Assembly: GCA_036514055.1 (NCBI GenBank)
Contig: DATBXX010000008.1
Coordinates: forward strand, 29,060-93,059
Length of the DNA: 64,000 nt
From: Candidatus Acidiferrales bacterium
GTDB taxonomy: Bacteria > Acidobacteriota > Terriglobia > Acidiferrales > UBA7541
Direction of reading: 5' to 3'
The notes beneath the pieces are model-generated. The model saw only the letters and a list, made by a program, of their open reading frames with translations. It was not told the origin of the DNA and searched no databases. Of the stretch, positions 46,394 through 56,512 are shown piece after piece. Numbering within the stretch: position 1 is the first letter of the stretch; each line of letters begins with the position of its first letter. A program made the translations under genes and the position numbers.

Positions 46394-47497
46394 TCATGCC
46401 CACAGGACGCGCCAGCCGAGGTTCAAAATCGCAGAGGCCCCGAGCGCGTCCGGTGTGGAACCACCGGTGTGGGCGGAGATCATTTTTGCAAACAGACCTG
46501 GCCGGGCAGCAAACAGCCGCAGCACCTTGCGCCGCAGCGCGGCGTTGGAGTTCATCCATAGCAGAAGCTGCGTCATTCGCACAGCGGCGCGTGAAATAGA
46601 GCGATGGCCGGATTCGTACCGGGCGAGGTCGCCTCGGGCGAGCGACTCGGCGAGGCAGATGGCCTGCTGAAAAGCGAGACTCAGCCCCTGCCCGGAGACA
46701 GCATCTACCGTACCGCTTGAATCTCCCACCAGCGCCACGGTTCGGCGGACGACCGCGCGCGCCCTGCTGAAAGACGTCACCGCTCCGGCTTCCGATGAAA
46801 GCGGCTGAGTGCCCGAAAGACGCGCGGCAACGGCTGGAAAGTGATCAAAGACCCGATCCATTCGAAGCTGCGGATCGTCCACGAAGAGCGAAACACAGAT
46901 TTCCCCCGAGCCCGTCGGCGTGACGATCATTTGCGACCTCTGGCCCCAATGAACCTCGACGAAACTGGTCCAGGGTGCGATCGCATAGTGCCGGCGGAAA
47001 CCGAGGCGAGTTCGAACCGGGAGGCTCGGGCCCAGGCTTGCGAACTCGCGGACACTGGAATGCTGGCCATCGGCACCGATGAGCCATTTACAGGGAATAA
47101 AAACGCCGTCTACGCAGGCTCCTTGAAAATCTAGCGCCGAGACCCGCGCGCCCCACAGCAGGGAGACTCCGACCTGTGTTGCCCGATCGATCAGGAGCTG
47201 GTGCAGCGTGGTACGGCGCAGGCCCATGCCCCGTCCCTCGGGAATTTCAGCGCTCACTGTAGAAGCTTCGTCTGAGAACCGAAAGCCATCGAAGGGGAAA
47301 CCCAGGCTGGAATCGATGGCAACGCCGAGACGGCCGAGCGCCGAGACCGCCTCGGGAAGCAAACCCTCGCCGCAAGGTTTGTTGATCGGGGGCCGTCTGG
47401 TATCAACGACTGTGACGCGAAGATTTTTCAGGCTTGCTGCAATCGCCGCAGCCAGTCCTGCCGGGCCTCCGCCGACAACCAGGACATCAGGCTGCAA
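46394..47497 (-). CDS. FAD-dependent oxidoreductase/monooxygenase (geranylgeranyl-reductase-like)
   Basis: DVLVVGGGPAGLAAAIAASL and GDSSGTVDAVSGQGL motifs. Starts 21 nt after the type III PKS stop. Confidence 0.8.
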   Translation of the reverse strand: MQPDVLVVGGGPAGLAAAIAASLKNLRVTVVDTRRPPINKPCGEGLLPEAVSALGRLGVAIDSSLGFPFDGFRFSDEASTVSAEIPEGRGMGLRRTTLHQLLIDRATQVGVSLLWGARVSALDFQGACVDGVFIPCKWLIGADGQHSSVREFASLGPSLPVRTRLGFRRHYAIAPWTSFVEVHWGQRSQMIVTPTGSGEICVSLFVDDPQLRMDRVFDHFPAVAARLSGTQPLSSEAGAVTSFSRARAVVRRTVALVGDSSGTVDAVSGQGLSLAFQQAICLAESLARGDLARYESGHRSISRAAVRMTQLLLWMNSNAALRRKVLRLFAARPGLFAKMISAHTGGSTPDALGASAILNLGWRVLWA

Positions 47498-47518
47498 AAT
47501 GAGCTCCTACGAAGGCGC

Positions 47519-48571
47519 CTACCAGCGCAACAGCAGAAGCTCCGAGCAAAATCCGGGTCCCATCGCAGCCATGATGCTGAGCGCCCCAGGTTCCGGACGG
47601 CGATGGCGATACACATCCTCGAGAACGAGCAGGACCGAGGTGGAGGAGATATTGCCGACTTTGCGCAGGCATTTCCACGACGCTTCCAGATCCTTTTCCG
47701 TGAGGTCCAGCGCCGTAGCAGTGGCCTCAAGCACCTTCGGGCCCCCCGTGTGCATGACCCAGCTGTGGACATCGCTCCGGCGGTAACCCTGCTCCGCCAG
47801 AAACTCGTCGACGTCCTTACCCAGATGTTTCACCACCGTATCGGGGACTTCCGGTGACAGTACGATGTGAAAACCCTTTTCAGAGATGTCCCATCCCATC
47901 ACGCGTTCGGTATTGGGGTAGAAGACCGACTTGGTCGCCAAAATCTCCGGTCCGTCCGACTCCACCTCGTCTCCCACCACGACGGCCGCCGCAGCGCCGT
48001 CCCCGAACAGCATCGCCGAGATCAAATGCGCCATTGAAATGTCGTCACGCTGCAGCGTCAAGGAACACAGCTCAATGGACAACAGCGCGGCCGCTTGGTC
48101 GGGATAAGCGCGAACATAGTCCGCGGCCCGGGAAACCCCGGCCGCGCCGGCGACGCAGCCAAGCCCAAAGATCGGGATGCGTTTGATATTCGAGGAAAGA
48201 CCCATGCGATTGATGAGGCGCGCATCAAGCGAAGGCGCGGCAATGCCGGTGACCGAGGTAACGAATATGGCCCCCAGATCCCGCGGCTCAATTCCGGCCG
48301 CCACAAGCGCATGGCACAATGCCTTTTCGCCGAGCTCGAGGCCGACTTCAATCCAGACATTGTTCGCCTCTCCCCAGGTCTGCATGCTGTTGTGGTAAAA
48401 ATCCAATGGCCGCACCGTGAATCGGCCATCCACCTTCATGCTTTCATCCAGGCGGTCGAGAATGCCGGGCTGCACCAACCGGTCTTTCCAATAGCTCTTG
48501 AGCGCACCTACGAGAACTTCCTGCTTGTGGTAGTACTTGGGAAACGCGCTTGCGACTCCGGCAATCCTCAT
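47519..48571 (-). CDS. Type III polyketide synthase (chalcone/stilbene synthase family)
   Basis: Cys-His-Asn triad contexts FGLGCVAGAAG, VMHTGGPKVL and VGNISSTSVL. Start set at MRIAGVASAFP, preceded by GAGGAG. Confidence 0.88.
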   Translation of the reverse strand: MRIAGVASAFPKYYHKQEVLVGALKSYWKDRLVQPGILDRLDESMKVDGRFTVRPLDFYHNSMQTWGEANNVWIEVGLELGEKALCHALVAAGIEPRDLGAIFVTSVTGIAAPSLDARLINRMGLSSNIKRIPIFGLGCVAGAAGVSRAADYVRAYPDQAAALLSIELCSLTLQRDDISMAHLISAMLFGDGAAAAVVVGDEVESDGPEILATKSVFYPNTERVMGWDISEKGFHIVLSPEVPDTVVKHLGKDVDEFLAEQGYRRSDVHSWVMHTGGPKVLEATATALDLTEKDLEASWKCLRKVGNISSTSVLLVLEDVYRHRRPEPGALSIMAAMGPGFCSELLLLRW

Positions 48572-48826
48572 AAATGCTGCTCCTCGGGCATCCGCCCGTG
48601 CGGAGGGCATCAAACTCAACAACGCAAACCGGGACCATTTTCATCCCGATCGATTGAATTTGGCCCCGTATTTAAATCTGACGAACCCTCGCAACCCTGG
48701 AACACCCTGTTCAAGCCAGCCGGCAACAAAAGCACCGTTCACCCCAGCTCAACAGTCTGCTACATCCACAACCATCTCCATCGGCCGAGCGATGCCGCCG
48801 AACAGAGCTCACGTCTAATCCCGATG

Positions 48827-50632
48827 TCAGACACCGGGTCGTGAATCCACTTCTTGCGGGATGCGGGAGAGGCCACGGTAAAGGAATAGCGCGCAACCCA
48901 GGGAACTGACAAGAAGAAGAACTCCAAATCCCCCGGAAAGCAAGCAAATCTTTCCTACCCCGAACACGGCGCAATATACCATGGCACAGCCCACAATCCA
49001 GTCGAGTAAATTGCGACCTAGGTCACGAATCGGCACTACGGTCGGGGCAAGCTTGGCTATGGGTCCCCAGCCCAAGGCGTCTGGCCGAACCCGCCGGTAG
49101 AATTGCAGGAGCGTGTCGATTGGCTCGGCTGGAGTCATGAGGGTCACGGCAATCCATGCCACGGTCGTGAGCAGCGTGGTGACAAGGGTCTGCTTTGCAA
49201 ATACGGCTGCCTCGGACCCATGAAACGGCGCGGACCAGCGGATTGCGACCGATACCACCAGTGCCGTGGCCATTGCAGCAATCTCACTCCACGCATTAAC
49301 CCGCCACCAGTACCAGCGCAGCAAATAGACGCTGCCGGTTCCGGCACCCACTTCGAGCAGCACTTCCCAGCCTGAACGAATCGTCGAGAGCTCCCAGGAA
49401 ACGCAGGCAGCCAGTATCACGAGAAGGACTGTCACCCAGCGAGACACGGCGACGTAATGCTTCTCAGGCGCCGCACTCCAAACGAATCGCCGATAGAAAT
49501 CGGAAACCAGATAGGAGCTCCCCCAATTTAGATGGGTCGCAATCGTGGACATGAATGCCGCGAGAAATCCTGCGACCAGTAGCCCGCGCGCGGCGCGCGG
49601 AAGATGATCCACCGCAAGAAGGACGTAGCCCGCTTCCGGTTGCGCAAGATGAGGATAGAGCACCACAACCGCCAGTGCCGCCAGGATCCAGGGCCAGGAC
49701 CGCAGCGCGTAGTGCGCGAAATTGAACCACAGAACCGCGAGTAAGCCGTCGCGCTCGCTGCGGGCGCTCAAAATCCGCTGCGCGACGTATCCGCCTCCTC
49801 CCGGCTCCGACCCCGGATACCAGAACGCCCACCACTGCACGCCGAGGTAAACGCAGAAGGTGATAACGGGAATCGTCCAGAGCGATTCGCTCGCAAAGCC
49901 TCGAGAGAAGTCCGGTAAAAACGCAGCAATGTTCGATGAGCCGGGTCCGGCTGCGGCGTGAAGCGCACCCAATTTCGCCACCAGCGCGTGCAGTCCCCCG
50001 GCAGCGCCTACGCCGTAGTATGCCACCGCGATGACGACGCCCATTTTAAGCACGAACTGGAACAGGTCGGTCCACAGAACGCCCCAGAGACCACCGAGCG
50101 CAACATAGACTCCCGTGAACGGAATCAAGAAAAAGATGCAAACCGCGAGTGCCGCGCGGTCGCTAATGCCGAGAACGACAGAGGCAATTGTGGTCATTGC
50201 CTTGGTGACCCAACCGAGGATCACACAGTTCACCAGGAGGCCGAGATAGATCGCACGAAACCCGCGGAGAAACGCGCCGGCCTTTCCGGCGTAGCGCATC
50301 TCGGCGAATTCCACGTCCGTCAGCGGGCCGGCGCGAACCCACAACCGCGCGAACAGGAAGACGGTCATCATGCCCGCAGGCAGCATGCTCCACCAGATCC
50401 AGTTGCCGGCAATCCCGTTACGATAGACCAGGCCGGTGACCACCAGCGGCGTGTCCGCGGCGAAGGTGGTTGCAACCATGGACGTACCGATCAGCCACCA
50501 GGCGGCGCGCCGGCCGGACAGGAAGTAATCGGTGGTGCTGCCACTCGATCGGCGACGGAAATATAGACCCTGGATCAGAGTGAACAGCAGGTAGGAAGCG
50601 ATCACCACCCAATCGGTGAAGTTGAGTTTCAT
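48827..50632 (-). CDS. Sodium:solute symporter (SSS) family transporter
   Basis: 601 aa, about 13 TM helices. N-terminus DYFLSGRRAAWWLIGTSMVATTFAADTPL is typical of SSS transporters. Confidence 0.85.
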   Translation of the reverse strand: MKLNFTDWVVIASYLLFTLIQGLYFRRRSSGSTTDYFLSGRRAAWWLIGTSMVATTFAADTPLVVTGLVYRNGIAGNWIWWSMLPAGMMTVFLFARLWVRAGPLTDVEFAEMRYAGKAGAFLRGFRAIYLGLLVNCVILGWVTKAMTTIASVVLGISDRAALAVCIFFLIPFTGVYVALGGLWGVLWTDLFQFVLKMGVVIAVAYYGVGAAGGLHALVAKLGALHAAAGPGSSNIAAFLPDFSRGFASESLWTIPVITFCVYLGVQWWAFWYPGSEPGGGGYVAQRILSARSERDGLLAVLWFNFAHYALRSWPWILAALAVVVLYPHLAQPEAGYVLLAVDHLPRAARGLLVAGFLAAFMSTIATHLNWGSSYLVSDFYRRFVWSAAPEKHYVAVSRWVTVLLVILAACVSWELSTIRSGWEVLLEVGAGTGSVYLLRWYWWRVNAWSEIAAMATALVVSVAIRWSAPFHGSEAAVFAKQTLVTTLLTTVAWIAVTLMTPAEPIDTLLQFYRRVRPDALGWGPIAKLAPTVVPIRDLGRNLLDWIVGCAMVYCAVFGVGKICLLSGGFGVLLLVSSLGCALFLYRGLSRIPQEVDSRPGV

Positions 50633-50821
50633 ATCCGCGCAGGCTGCGGCATATTCTGGTCGAGGATGCCTGGTGAGTCAAAGAGAATGGTGAGAGCAAG
50701 GCCCCCGATTCCGAAAAAGAAAAACCCCGGATCTGAGGGGGATCAGACCCGGGGGTCGGGGGCACTGAGGGGAACAGCTGGGCCGACAAACTTGTCTCGG
50801 GCGGGCACTGCCCGAGCCGGG

Positions 50822-51010
50822 CTAGTAGTTCAGATGCCTGAGGAACATTGTGGTCCGAAACACGATCTGCATGGCGAGCACGATCAGCGTGTCACGAACC
50901 GCGGCAACTCTGTGCCGCATCGATATTCGCTTGAACCCCGCGGCGCGGGTCATTGCGGCGGCTGTGCCGCCACGGTCCATATTCCAATCGTTGCCGGTCG
51001 TGTAGCTCAC
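50822..51010 (-). CDS. Small hypothetical protein with a C-terminal hydrophobic helix
   Basis: 62-aa ORF 9 nt downstream of the 51020 ORF. A hairpin (50795-50815) follows it. Confidence 0.35.
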   Translation of the reverse strand: MSYTTGNDWNMDRGGTAAAMTRAAGFKRISMRHRVAAVRDTLIVLAMQIVFRTTMFLRHLNY

Positions 51011-51019
51011 TGGGTTCCT

Positions 51020-51295
51020 CTAGTTGAGAACGTAAACCGGGTTGTCATGCTCAACGCCAACTACCATGGTCTTGAAAATGTCCACATCCCAGCTATCCGC
51101 AATGCGCAAACGAACGACTTGGGAGGTCTCAGACAGCAACCGCCCACGGAGCGGTACACGCAAGTTCCCTGCTACAACCCGAAGAATCACCGGCTGCCCC
51201 ATCCAGACTTCGTAGCCACCTTCCATTTTTGTCCCCCTCCTCAGATTCACTTCCGCGAACAACTCCATTTTCGAGCGATGGAACACCCTGACCAA
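51020..51295 (-). CDS. Small hypothetical protein
   Basis: 91-aa ORF (or 82 aa from MELFAE). Beta-rich, protein-like composition. Confidence 0.4.
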   Translation of the reverse strand: MVRVFHRSKMELFAEVNLRRGTKMEGGYEVWMGQPVILRVVAGNLRVPLRGRLLSETSQVVRLRIADSWDVDIFKTMVVGVEHDNPVYVLN

Positions 51296-51428
51296 TGGTA
51301 CAGGGGTCTAAGTTTGGTAGGATTGAAGTACTATGACCTTGCGGCCTTCCGGGCCCGGAGGCAAAACTGCTCATTTGGGTCTGTAAATACTGGACTTAGC
51401 GTTTGGTGCCAGAAGGAACTCTAGGCGG

Positions 51429-52103
51429 ATGATCGAACTTTTCAGACATGTTCTTGCGCAGATCTACGATGTGCGCGGGCTCATCGAATGGGGCGGGACG
51501 CTGTTGGTGTGCGTGGTCGTGTTTGTCGAGACCGGAATGTTTGTGGGGTTTTTCCTGCCTGGCGATTCCCTGCTGGTAACGGCGGGGGTGTTTGCTGGCG
51601 CCGGGCACATGAAACTGGCGTCCCTGCTCTCGCTGGTAACCCTGTGCTCGATCGCCGGTGACCAGCTGGGCTACTTGATCGGCTGGAAAGCGGGTGAAAA
51701 CCTCTATCGGCGCGAAGACTCCCGATTCTTCAAGAAGCGGCACCTGGAAGCTGCTCACGAGTTCTATGAGAAGTTCGGAGGAAAGACGATCATCATTGCC
51801 AGGTTCGTTCCGATCATCCGGACCTTCTGCCCTCCGGTCGCCGGAGCGGCGAAAATGAGATATTCACGGTATCTGGCCTACGATATCGTCGGTGGCTTCC
51901 TGTGGGTATGGAGCATGGTCCTGGTGGGATACACCCTGGGACGAACAGTGCCAAACGTTGACAGGCGAATTCACTTCATCATTGCCGGCGTAATCATCGT
52001 GTCCCTGATCCCGGCGGGGTATCACGCCTGGAAGGCGCGAGCCACCGGCAGGACACCTGCCATCGTGCCAACCTCCGCCGAAAAAAATCCCGAAGAACTG
52101 TGA
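51429..52103 (+). CDS. DedA family membrane protein
   Basis: VFVETGMFVGFFLPGDSLL and ARFVPIIRTF are DedA/SNARE-associated motifs. Confidence 0.88.
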   Translation: MIELFRHVLAQIYDVRGLIEWGGTLLVCVVVFVETGMFVGFFLPGDSLLVTAGVFAGAGHMKLASLLSLVTLCSIAGDQLGYLIGWKAGENLYRREDSRFFKKRHLEAAHEFYEKFGGKTIIIARFVPIIRTFCPPVAGAAKMRYSRYLAYDIVGGFLWVWSMVLVGYTLGRTVPNVDRRIHFIIAGVIIVSLIPAGYHAWKARATGRTPAIVPTSAEKNPEEL

Positions 52104-52306
52104 CGGAAAATCCAGGGCTGCTCGCAACGAGCGAACCGCAACGCTGCTGATTCTGCTGGGAGAATACGCTGCAGGTCGAGCGCAAGAATTCAATGCGGCG
52201 AACCCAGCAGCCACAACTCGGCTCGCCTGTTGCTACACGCAAGGTTTCCGTGAGTTTCGAGGCCTGCTCCGACAAGCAGCGGATTGTCGCGATTCTGTAA
52301 ATGCAA

Positions 52307-52335
52307 GACGGGGGAGCCTGGCAGCTCCCCCCGTC
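52307..52335. terminator. Strong GC hairpin in the convergent intergenic region
   Basis: GACGGGGGAGC-CTGGCA-GCTCCCCCCGTC followed by CTGTTT. It is 200 nt past the DedA stop, so assignment to a transcript is uncertain. Confidence 0.4.
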
Positions 52336-52585
52336 CTGTTTACCCGCTAGCCGCCGCGACGCTGAAAGCACCGCCGGCGGTTCGCGCTGCAGGACCGCTG
52401 TGAAGAACCCTTGTCGACAACCACTGCGCTGTCCAGCCGTGACCGCGCCCGAAACTGGTCCCCGCTACGGCACTCATACGCCGGGGATGGGCCGCTTGCA
52501 AGCGGAAAATCCTGCGGGGGCGATCCCGCGCAAGGGCAACGGATTCCGGTCAGCAATCCGAATCAATCGAAAAGATCGGTCGGCT

Positions 52586-54910
52586 TCAGAATTGTCGAGC
52601 GATGACGGCGGTGGCGATGGGAGTTGTGTCCTGATCGAGCAGCAGCGCGGTGTTGTCGTCGATGAGATAGTAAATGAGATTGAACGTGGCGGCGGGACTC
52701 GTGGTTACCACGACAGCCGTGCCGCGCCCGTTTGCGGCCGCCGTACCGAACGAATTACCCGTCGCGGAAATCGGATCCGTCTGTGAGACCGAATTGAAGG
52801 TATTGATGTCGAGATTCCCGGCCGTGATCGCCGTGCCGCTAAAGGTGATCTGGCCGGAAAAATCGGGTTGGGCAGACCCTGCGACGTCATGGAAAACGCC
52901 TTGGCCGGTCAATCCGGTTGCGAAACTCCCCGCCCCCAGCGCGACCGAGGAAGAACACGCCGCTGCCGCAGGCACGCACTGCTGGTAGGCAGTGCCCGTC
53001 GACAGGGCATTGGCATCGATCTCCAGCATCAACGCGGTTCCTTGCGCCGTCTGATAGACCGCAAATTCGTTGGTGCTGGAATTTGCTCCGGTCGGGCAGG
53101 CACCGGTACCTGAGAACAGCTTCAGGTCTATCCGACCGGTATTCGCATCAGTGGCGTAGGAGGAACACGAGTTGATCGTCGGTCCCATATTGTAGGTGCC
53201 ACCGTCGTTTGCGTCGAAGATGCCGCCCGAAATGCCGGAGGTGCCGTTGGATGTGAAAACCCCGCCGGTCGCAAACGCCGCGAGCACTGCCGAACCCGTC
53301 ATCGAATCTCCGCCGCCGGTAAAAACGTAATTCCCGGCTGTCAGGGGTGTAGATCCTGCCGGGGCGCTGAAACTATCTCCGGCGACAAAAGCCGCGCGAT
53401 CAATTTCAATGAGATGCAAATGTGTCACGGAAGTTGACGGCCCTTCGACTGCGTAGAAGGCGTACTCCCGTGTGCCGGTCGGTCCGCTGGTGAGCGTGAT
53501 CGTCCCGCGGCCCGTGCCGGGAAACAGAGGATCAAACTCATAAGAACCGGCAAGGGATGTATTGCCGGTGGTAACTGTGCCGCCGGCGATGCCATTATCG
53601 TTCACATCCAAAATCGTGTGTGGCTCTGCGGGGTCCGGGATGTGCCCGGCACCGTCTGCCGAGAATTTGCCGGCCAATCCCAAGGGGTTGAACCCGCTGT
53701 CAGCGCCCAGCGCGCTGAAGACGTAGGAGCCCGTGATCACCGAAGCCGAGCTCGAAAGGGCGTTCACGCTCTGCTGGTCAATCGTCCCGCCGCCGGTAGC
53801 ATTGGCGTCGAAAAGGATCATCTGGGCGTGCGCGTTCGTCGTAAGCGCGAAGCGCCATACATGCGCGCCCTGACTGCTGCTGATGTTGGCCGTGCCGCGC
53901 CCGTCCGGACCCACCGAGTAAAAACCGCTGATGGGTACTTCTGTGGCGACTCCGGTGAGAAAGCTCGCCACGTCCTCGACGCCACTCAGAATCGTACCTT
54001 TTCCGTTCGTCGCGAAGCTACCCGCCGCCGCAAGATATCCCGATTGATCGTTGCCGGCGTAGGAGAAGGCGTACTGACCGGTGAGCGAGGCGTCGGAATA
54101 GACGATTGTGACTGTCGCCGATGCCGGCGCCGAAGCAGCCGGGTCGGTCGCCGTGATCGTAACGGTGGCGCCCGGCGGCGGACTCAGCGGAGCGGTATAG
54201 TTTCCCCTTGAATCAATCGATCCGTATACGCCGGGGTTCCCTGCGGGAGTCACTGTCCAAGTCGCATCGAGATCCGTCAGGCCATTCAGCAACGCTGTAA
54301 ATGGTTGAACTTGATTGGCGGCAACGGTCGGAGACGTAGGCGACACCGTGAGGCCCGTGCCTGCTCCCACTGTAACGACCGCGACATTGGATGTCACTGT
54401 CGGGGGTGCAGTGCCGTTGGAGCTCGCCGCGGGCTGCGAAGCGACTGCAGTAATACTGACCTGACCAACCTGCGTAACTCCCGTGGTCGCCGTGGTAGGC
54501 ACCTGACCCGGAGCCGTGTACACCCCGACGAGCTGGTTGTCTGCAGACGGTACGATACTGCCCACCGTTGCGAGCTCGCCGCCCGAGATACCGTTCACCT
54601 CCCAGGTGATCGTAGTCGTCGTTGAAACAGTCGAGTTGGCCAAATTGACGACCGCCGTAAACTCCGTTGTGGTGTTGAGCGGAACGGTAATCGTAGTGGG
54701 AGTAATCGCTACGGAAGTCACGGTCGACGAAGAGCCGCCACCGCAGCCCTGCAAGCTCCAAACTCCGGCGACCAGCAGGGCAACCATCGCGACCAGCCGA
54801 GTCAACCGCGACCGCTCGCGATTCTCGATGCGCACTCCAGCGGCCGCGCTTTGCCCGACCTTGCATTTCTCCACCGCGTTCACCAACTCCAACGGCTTCG
54901 GCCTGTTCAT
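52586..54910 (-). CDS. Large lipoprotein with N-terminal Ig-like (Big-type) domains and a repetitive beta-rich C-terminal region
   Basis: Start moved to MNRPKPLE. Lipobox-like LLVAGVWSLQGCGGG. Ig-like modules VTSVAITPTTITVPLNTTTEFTAVVN...TWEVNG and TVSPTSPTVAANQVQPFTALL...TWTVTP. Confidence 0.75.
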   Translation of the reverse strand: MNRPKPLELVNAVEKCKVGQSAAAGVRIENRERSRLTRLVAMVALLVAGVWSLQGCGGGSSSTVTSVAITPTTITVPLNTTTEFTAVVNLANSTVSTTTTITWEVNGISGGELATVGSIVPSADNQLVGVYTAPGQVPTTATTGVTQVGQVSITAVASQPAASSNGTAPPTVTSNVAVVTVGAGTGLTVSPTSPTVAANQVQPFTALLNGLTDLDATWTVTPAGNPGVYGSIDSRGNYTAPLSPPPGATVTITATDPAASAPASATVTIVYSDASLTGQYAFSYAGNDQSGYLAAAGSFATNGKGTILSGVEDVASFLTGVATEVPISGFYSVGPDGRGTANISSSQGAHVWRFALTTNAHAQMILFDANATGGGTIDQQSVNALSSSASVITGSYVFSALGADSGFNPLGLAGKFSADGAGHIPDPAEPHTILDVNDNGIAGGTVTTGNTSLAGSYEFDPLFPGTGRGTITLTSGPTGTREYAFYAVEGPSTSVTHLHLIEIDRAAFVAGDSFSAPAGSTPLTAGNYVFTGGGDSMTGSAVLAAFATGGVFTSNGTSGISGGIFDANDGGTYNMGPTINSCSSYATDANTGRIDLKLFSGTGACPTGANSSTNEFAVYQTAQGTALMLEIDANALSTGTAYQQCVPAAAACSSSVALGAGSFATGLTGQGVFHDVAGSAQPDFSGQITFSGTAITAGNLDINTFNSVSQTDPISATGNSFGTAAANGRGTAVVVTTSPAATFNLIYYLIDDNTALLLDQDTTPIATAVIARQF

Positions 54911-55142
54911 CGAGACGTTATCTCCGGGGATTTCCAAGGGTGCAGGGAGGTTCCATTCTAACTGGAAAAAGTTCCATTTTCTCCACGAACGGCTGGCAGA
55001 GGCAAACCGGGCCCAGGCGTCGCAACGTACCCGCAAACCCACCGCTTGAGACCCCAAACACCCGGATAGGCAGATGTAGGCGGCCGAGTTTTGGTTGTCA
55101 TGCGAAGGGATTCGCGTCTGAGGATAGCATCGCGGGAAATGG

Positions 55143-55844
55143 CTATTTGAGGAAAAGGCCTTCGCGGACCTGGTCGCGGCCGACGAAAGTCTTCGAAGAC
55201 CGGAATTCGCCGAACAAGCCGAGGATTTCGCGATTCTGAAAAACGTGGGAATGAACCGCAATAGTGGAAGCGGCAAGCAACTCCACCGTCTGGCTGTCCA
55301 CGACGCGATAGCGATGAAACCGCTCTGCGGGGCGACTGTGAAACATCGCCAGCATGGCGCCACCGGGATGAAGCACGTGTGAGAGTCGTGCCATCAGGCG
55401 AGGCGCGACCTCCGGATCGAAATAGTCCAGCAGGTCCCAAGCCAGCACTCCGTGAAAGCTGCGTTCCGGATATTGCAGTGCGTTTTCTAGAAATTTGTCG
55501 GCGAGCACGGAAGGGGAAATTCGCAGCGCATCGGCGCCGACGGGCGCCGAGCGAAAGCCCTCTTCTTCGGCGGCCAGGAAATCCTTCCAGGTCCTCAGCA
55601 GGTCTTCGGTCGAAACCCGATAGCCCTTGTCCACAAAGAAGCTGACGGTGGATTGCCAGACGGGGCCCAGATCGAGCACGCGCCCATGGGGAACATCGCT
55701 AATCAGCCAAAGAAATTCCTTCAGGCCGTTTGAGATGCGCAGATTACCTGATGGGACAGCGGACGGAGTCGGACCGGGCCTCACAGCCGCTGCACCGGTG
55801 GCCGGACGCGTGGCTTCCGGGCGGTGTTTTGCCGACCAGTTCAT
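55143..55844 (-). CDS. Class I SAM-dependent methyltransferase-like protein
   Basis: Motif I-like GRVLDLGPV. Starts 8 nt downstream of the bactofilin stop. Confidence 0.5.
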   Translation of the reverse strand: MNWSAKHRPEATRPATGAAAVRPGPTPSAVPSGNLRISNGLKEFLWLISDVPHGRVLDLGPVWQSTVSFFVDKGYRVSTEDLLRTWKDFLAAEEEGFRSAPVGADALRISPSVLADKFLENALQYPERSFHGVLAWDLLDYFDPEVAPRLMARLSHVLHPGGAMLAMFHSRPAERFHRYRVVDSQTVELLAASTIAVHSHVFQNREILGLFGEFRSSKTFVGRDQVREGLFLK

Positions 55845-55852
55845 GGTTTGCC

Positions 55853-56431
55853 TTATTCGCCTTCTGCTGCACTGGCAGGTACAGGTTGGAGGTCGGCAGA
55901 CTCCCGTCCTTTAGCAGTCGCCGAAGACCCACGCGCCGTCGCCTTGGGTGTCGTTTCCACCTTGCCCCGCAATCTCGCGCCGTCGTCGATGCCTATGCGG
56001 GGCGTTAGGACACTGCCCGACACACGGCTGGACGCACCGAAATGCGCACTCTCGCTGGCCTTCAGGTTCCCCTCGACGTTGCCGTCGATCATGATCTCCC
56101 GGGCCTCAATGTCCGCCTGAACTCGGCCGTTGGGTCCCACCGTCACCCGCGTATTCCCCAGGCGGATCTTGCCGTGCACTTCGCCATCGATGTAAAGGTC
56201 GGAATCGCCCGACAACTCGCCGTTGATTTTCAAGCCCGAACTAATCTTGGAGGTAGCGCGAGCGACCGGCGCAGCTGCAGTCACTGCCGCAGGCGCGGAC
56301 GGAGCCGCTTGAACCTGCGAAGGCACGCGAGAAGCCGGTATCGGATCGATCGGCTGTGATGCAATCGGAGCGGATACGGGCAGATTGTCGGGCTCTGAAG
56401 ACGGCTTGCCCTCCGACGGTTTTCGCCACAT
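55853..56431 (-). CDS. Bactofilin (polymer-forming cytoskeletal protein)
   Basis: Beta-helical repeat LKINGELSGDSDLYIDGEVHGKIRLGNTRVTVGPNGRVQADIEAREIMIDGNVEGNL. Start set at MWRKPSEG, preceded by GAGGGAGG. Confidence 0.85.
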   Translation of the reverse strand: MWRKPSEGKPSSEPDNLPVSAPIASQPIDPIPASRVPSQVQAAPSAPAAVTAAAPVARATSKISSGLKINGELSGDSDLYIDGEVHGKIRLGNTRVTVGPNGRVQADIEAREIMIDGNVEGNLKASESAHFGASSRVSGSVLTPRIGIDDGARLRGKVETTPKATARGSSATAKGRESADLQPVPASAAEGE

Positions 56432-56512
56432 AAAAACCTCCCTCAAAGAATGGGGACGCTGCGGCGGGTGGCAGCAACCCTTTGCGGTGGTCAAACTATA
56501 GTACAGGCGCAA

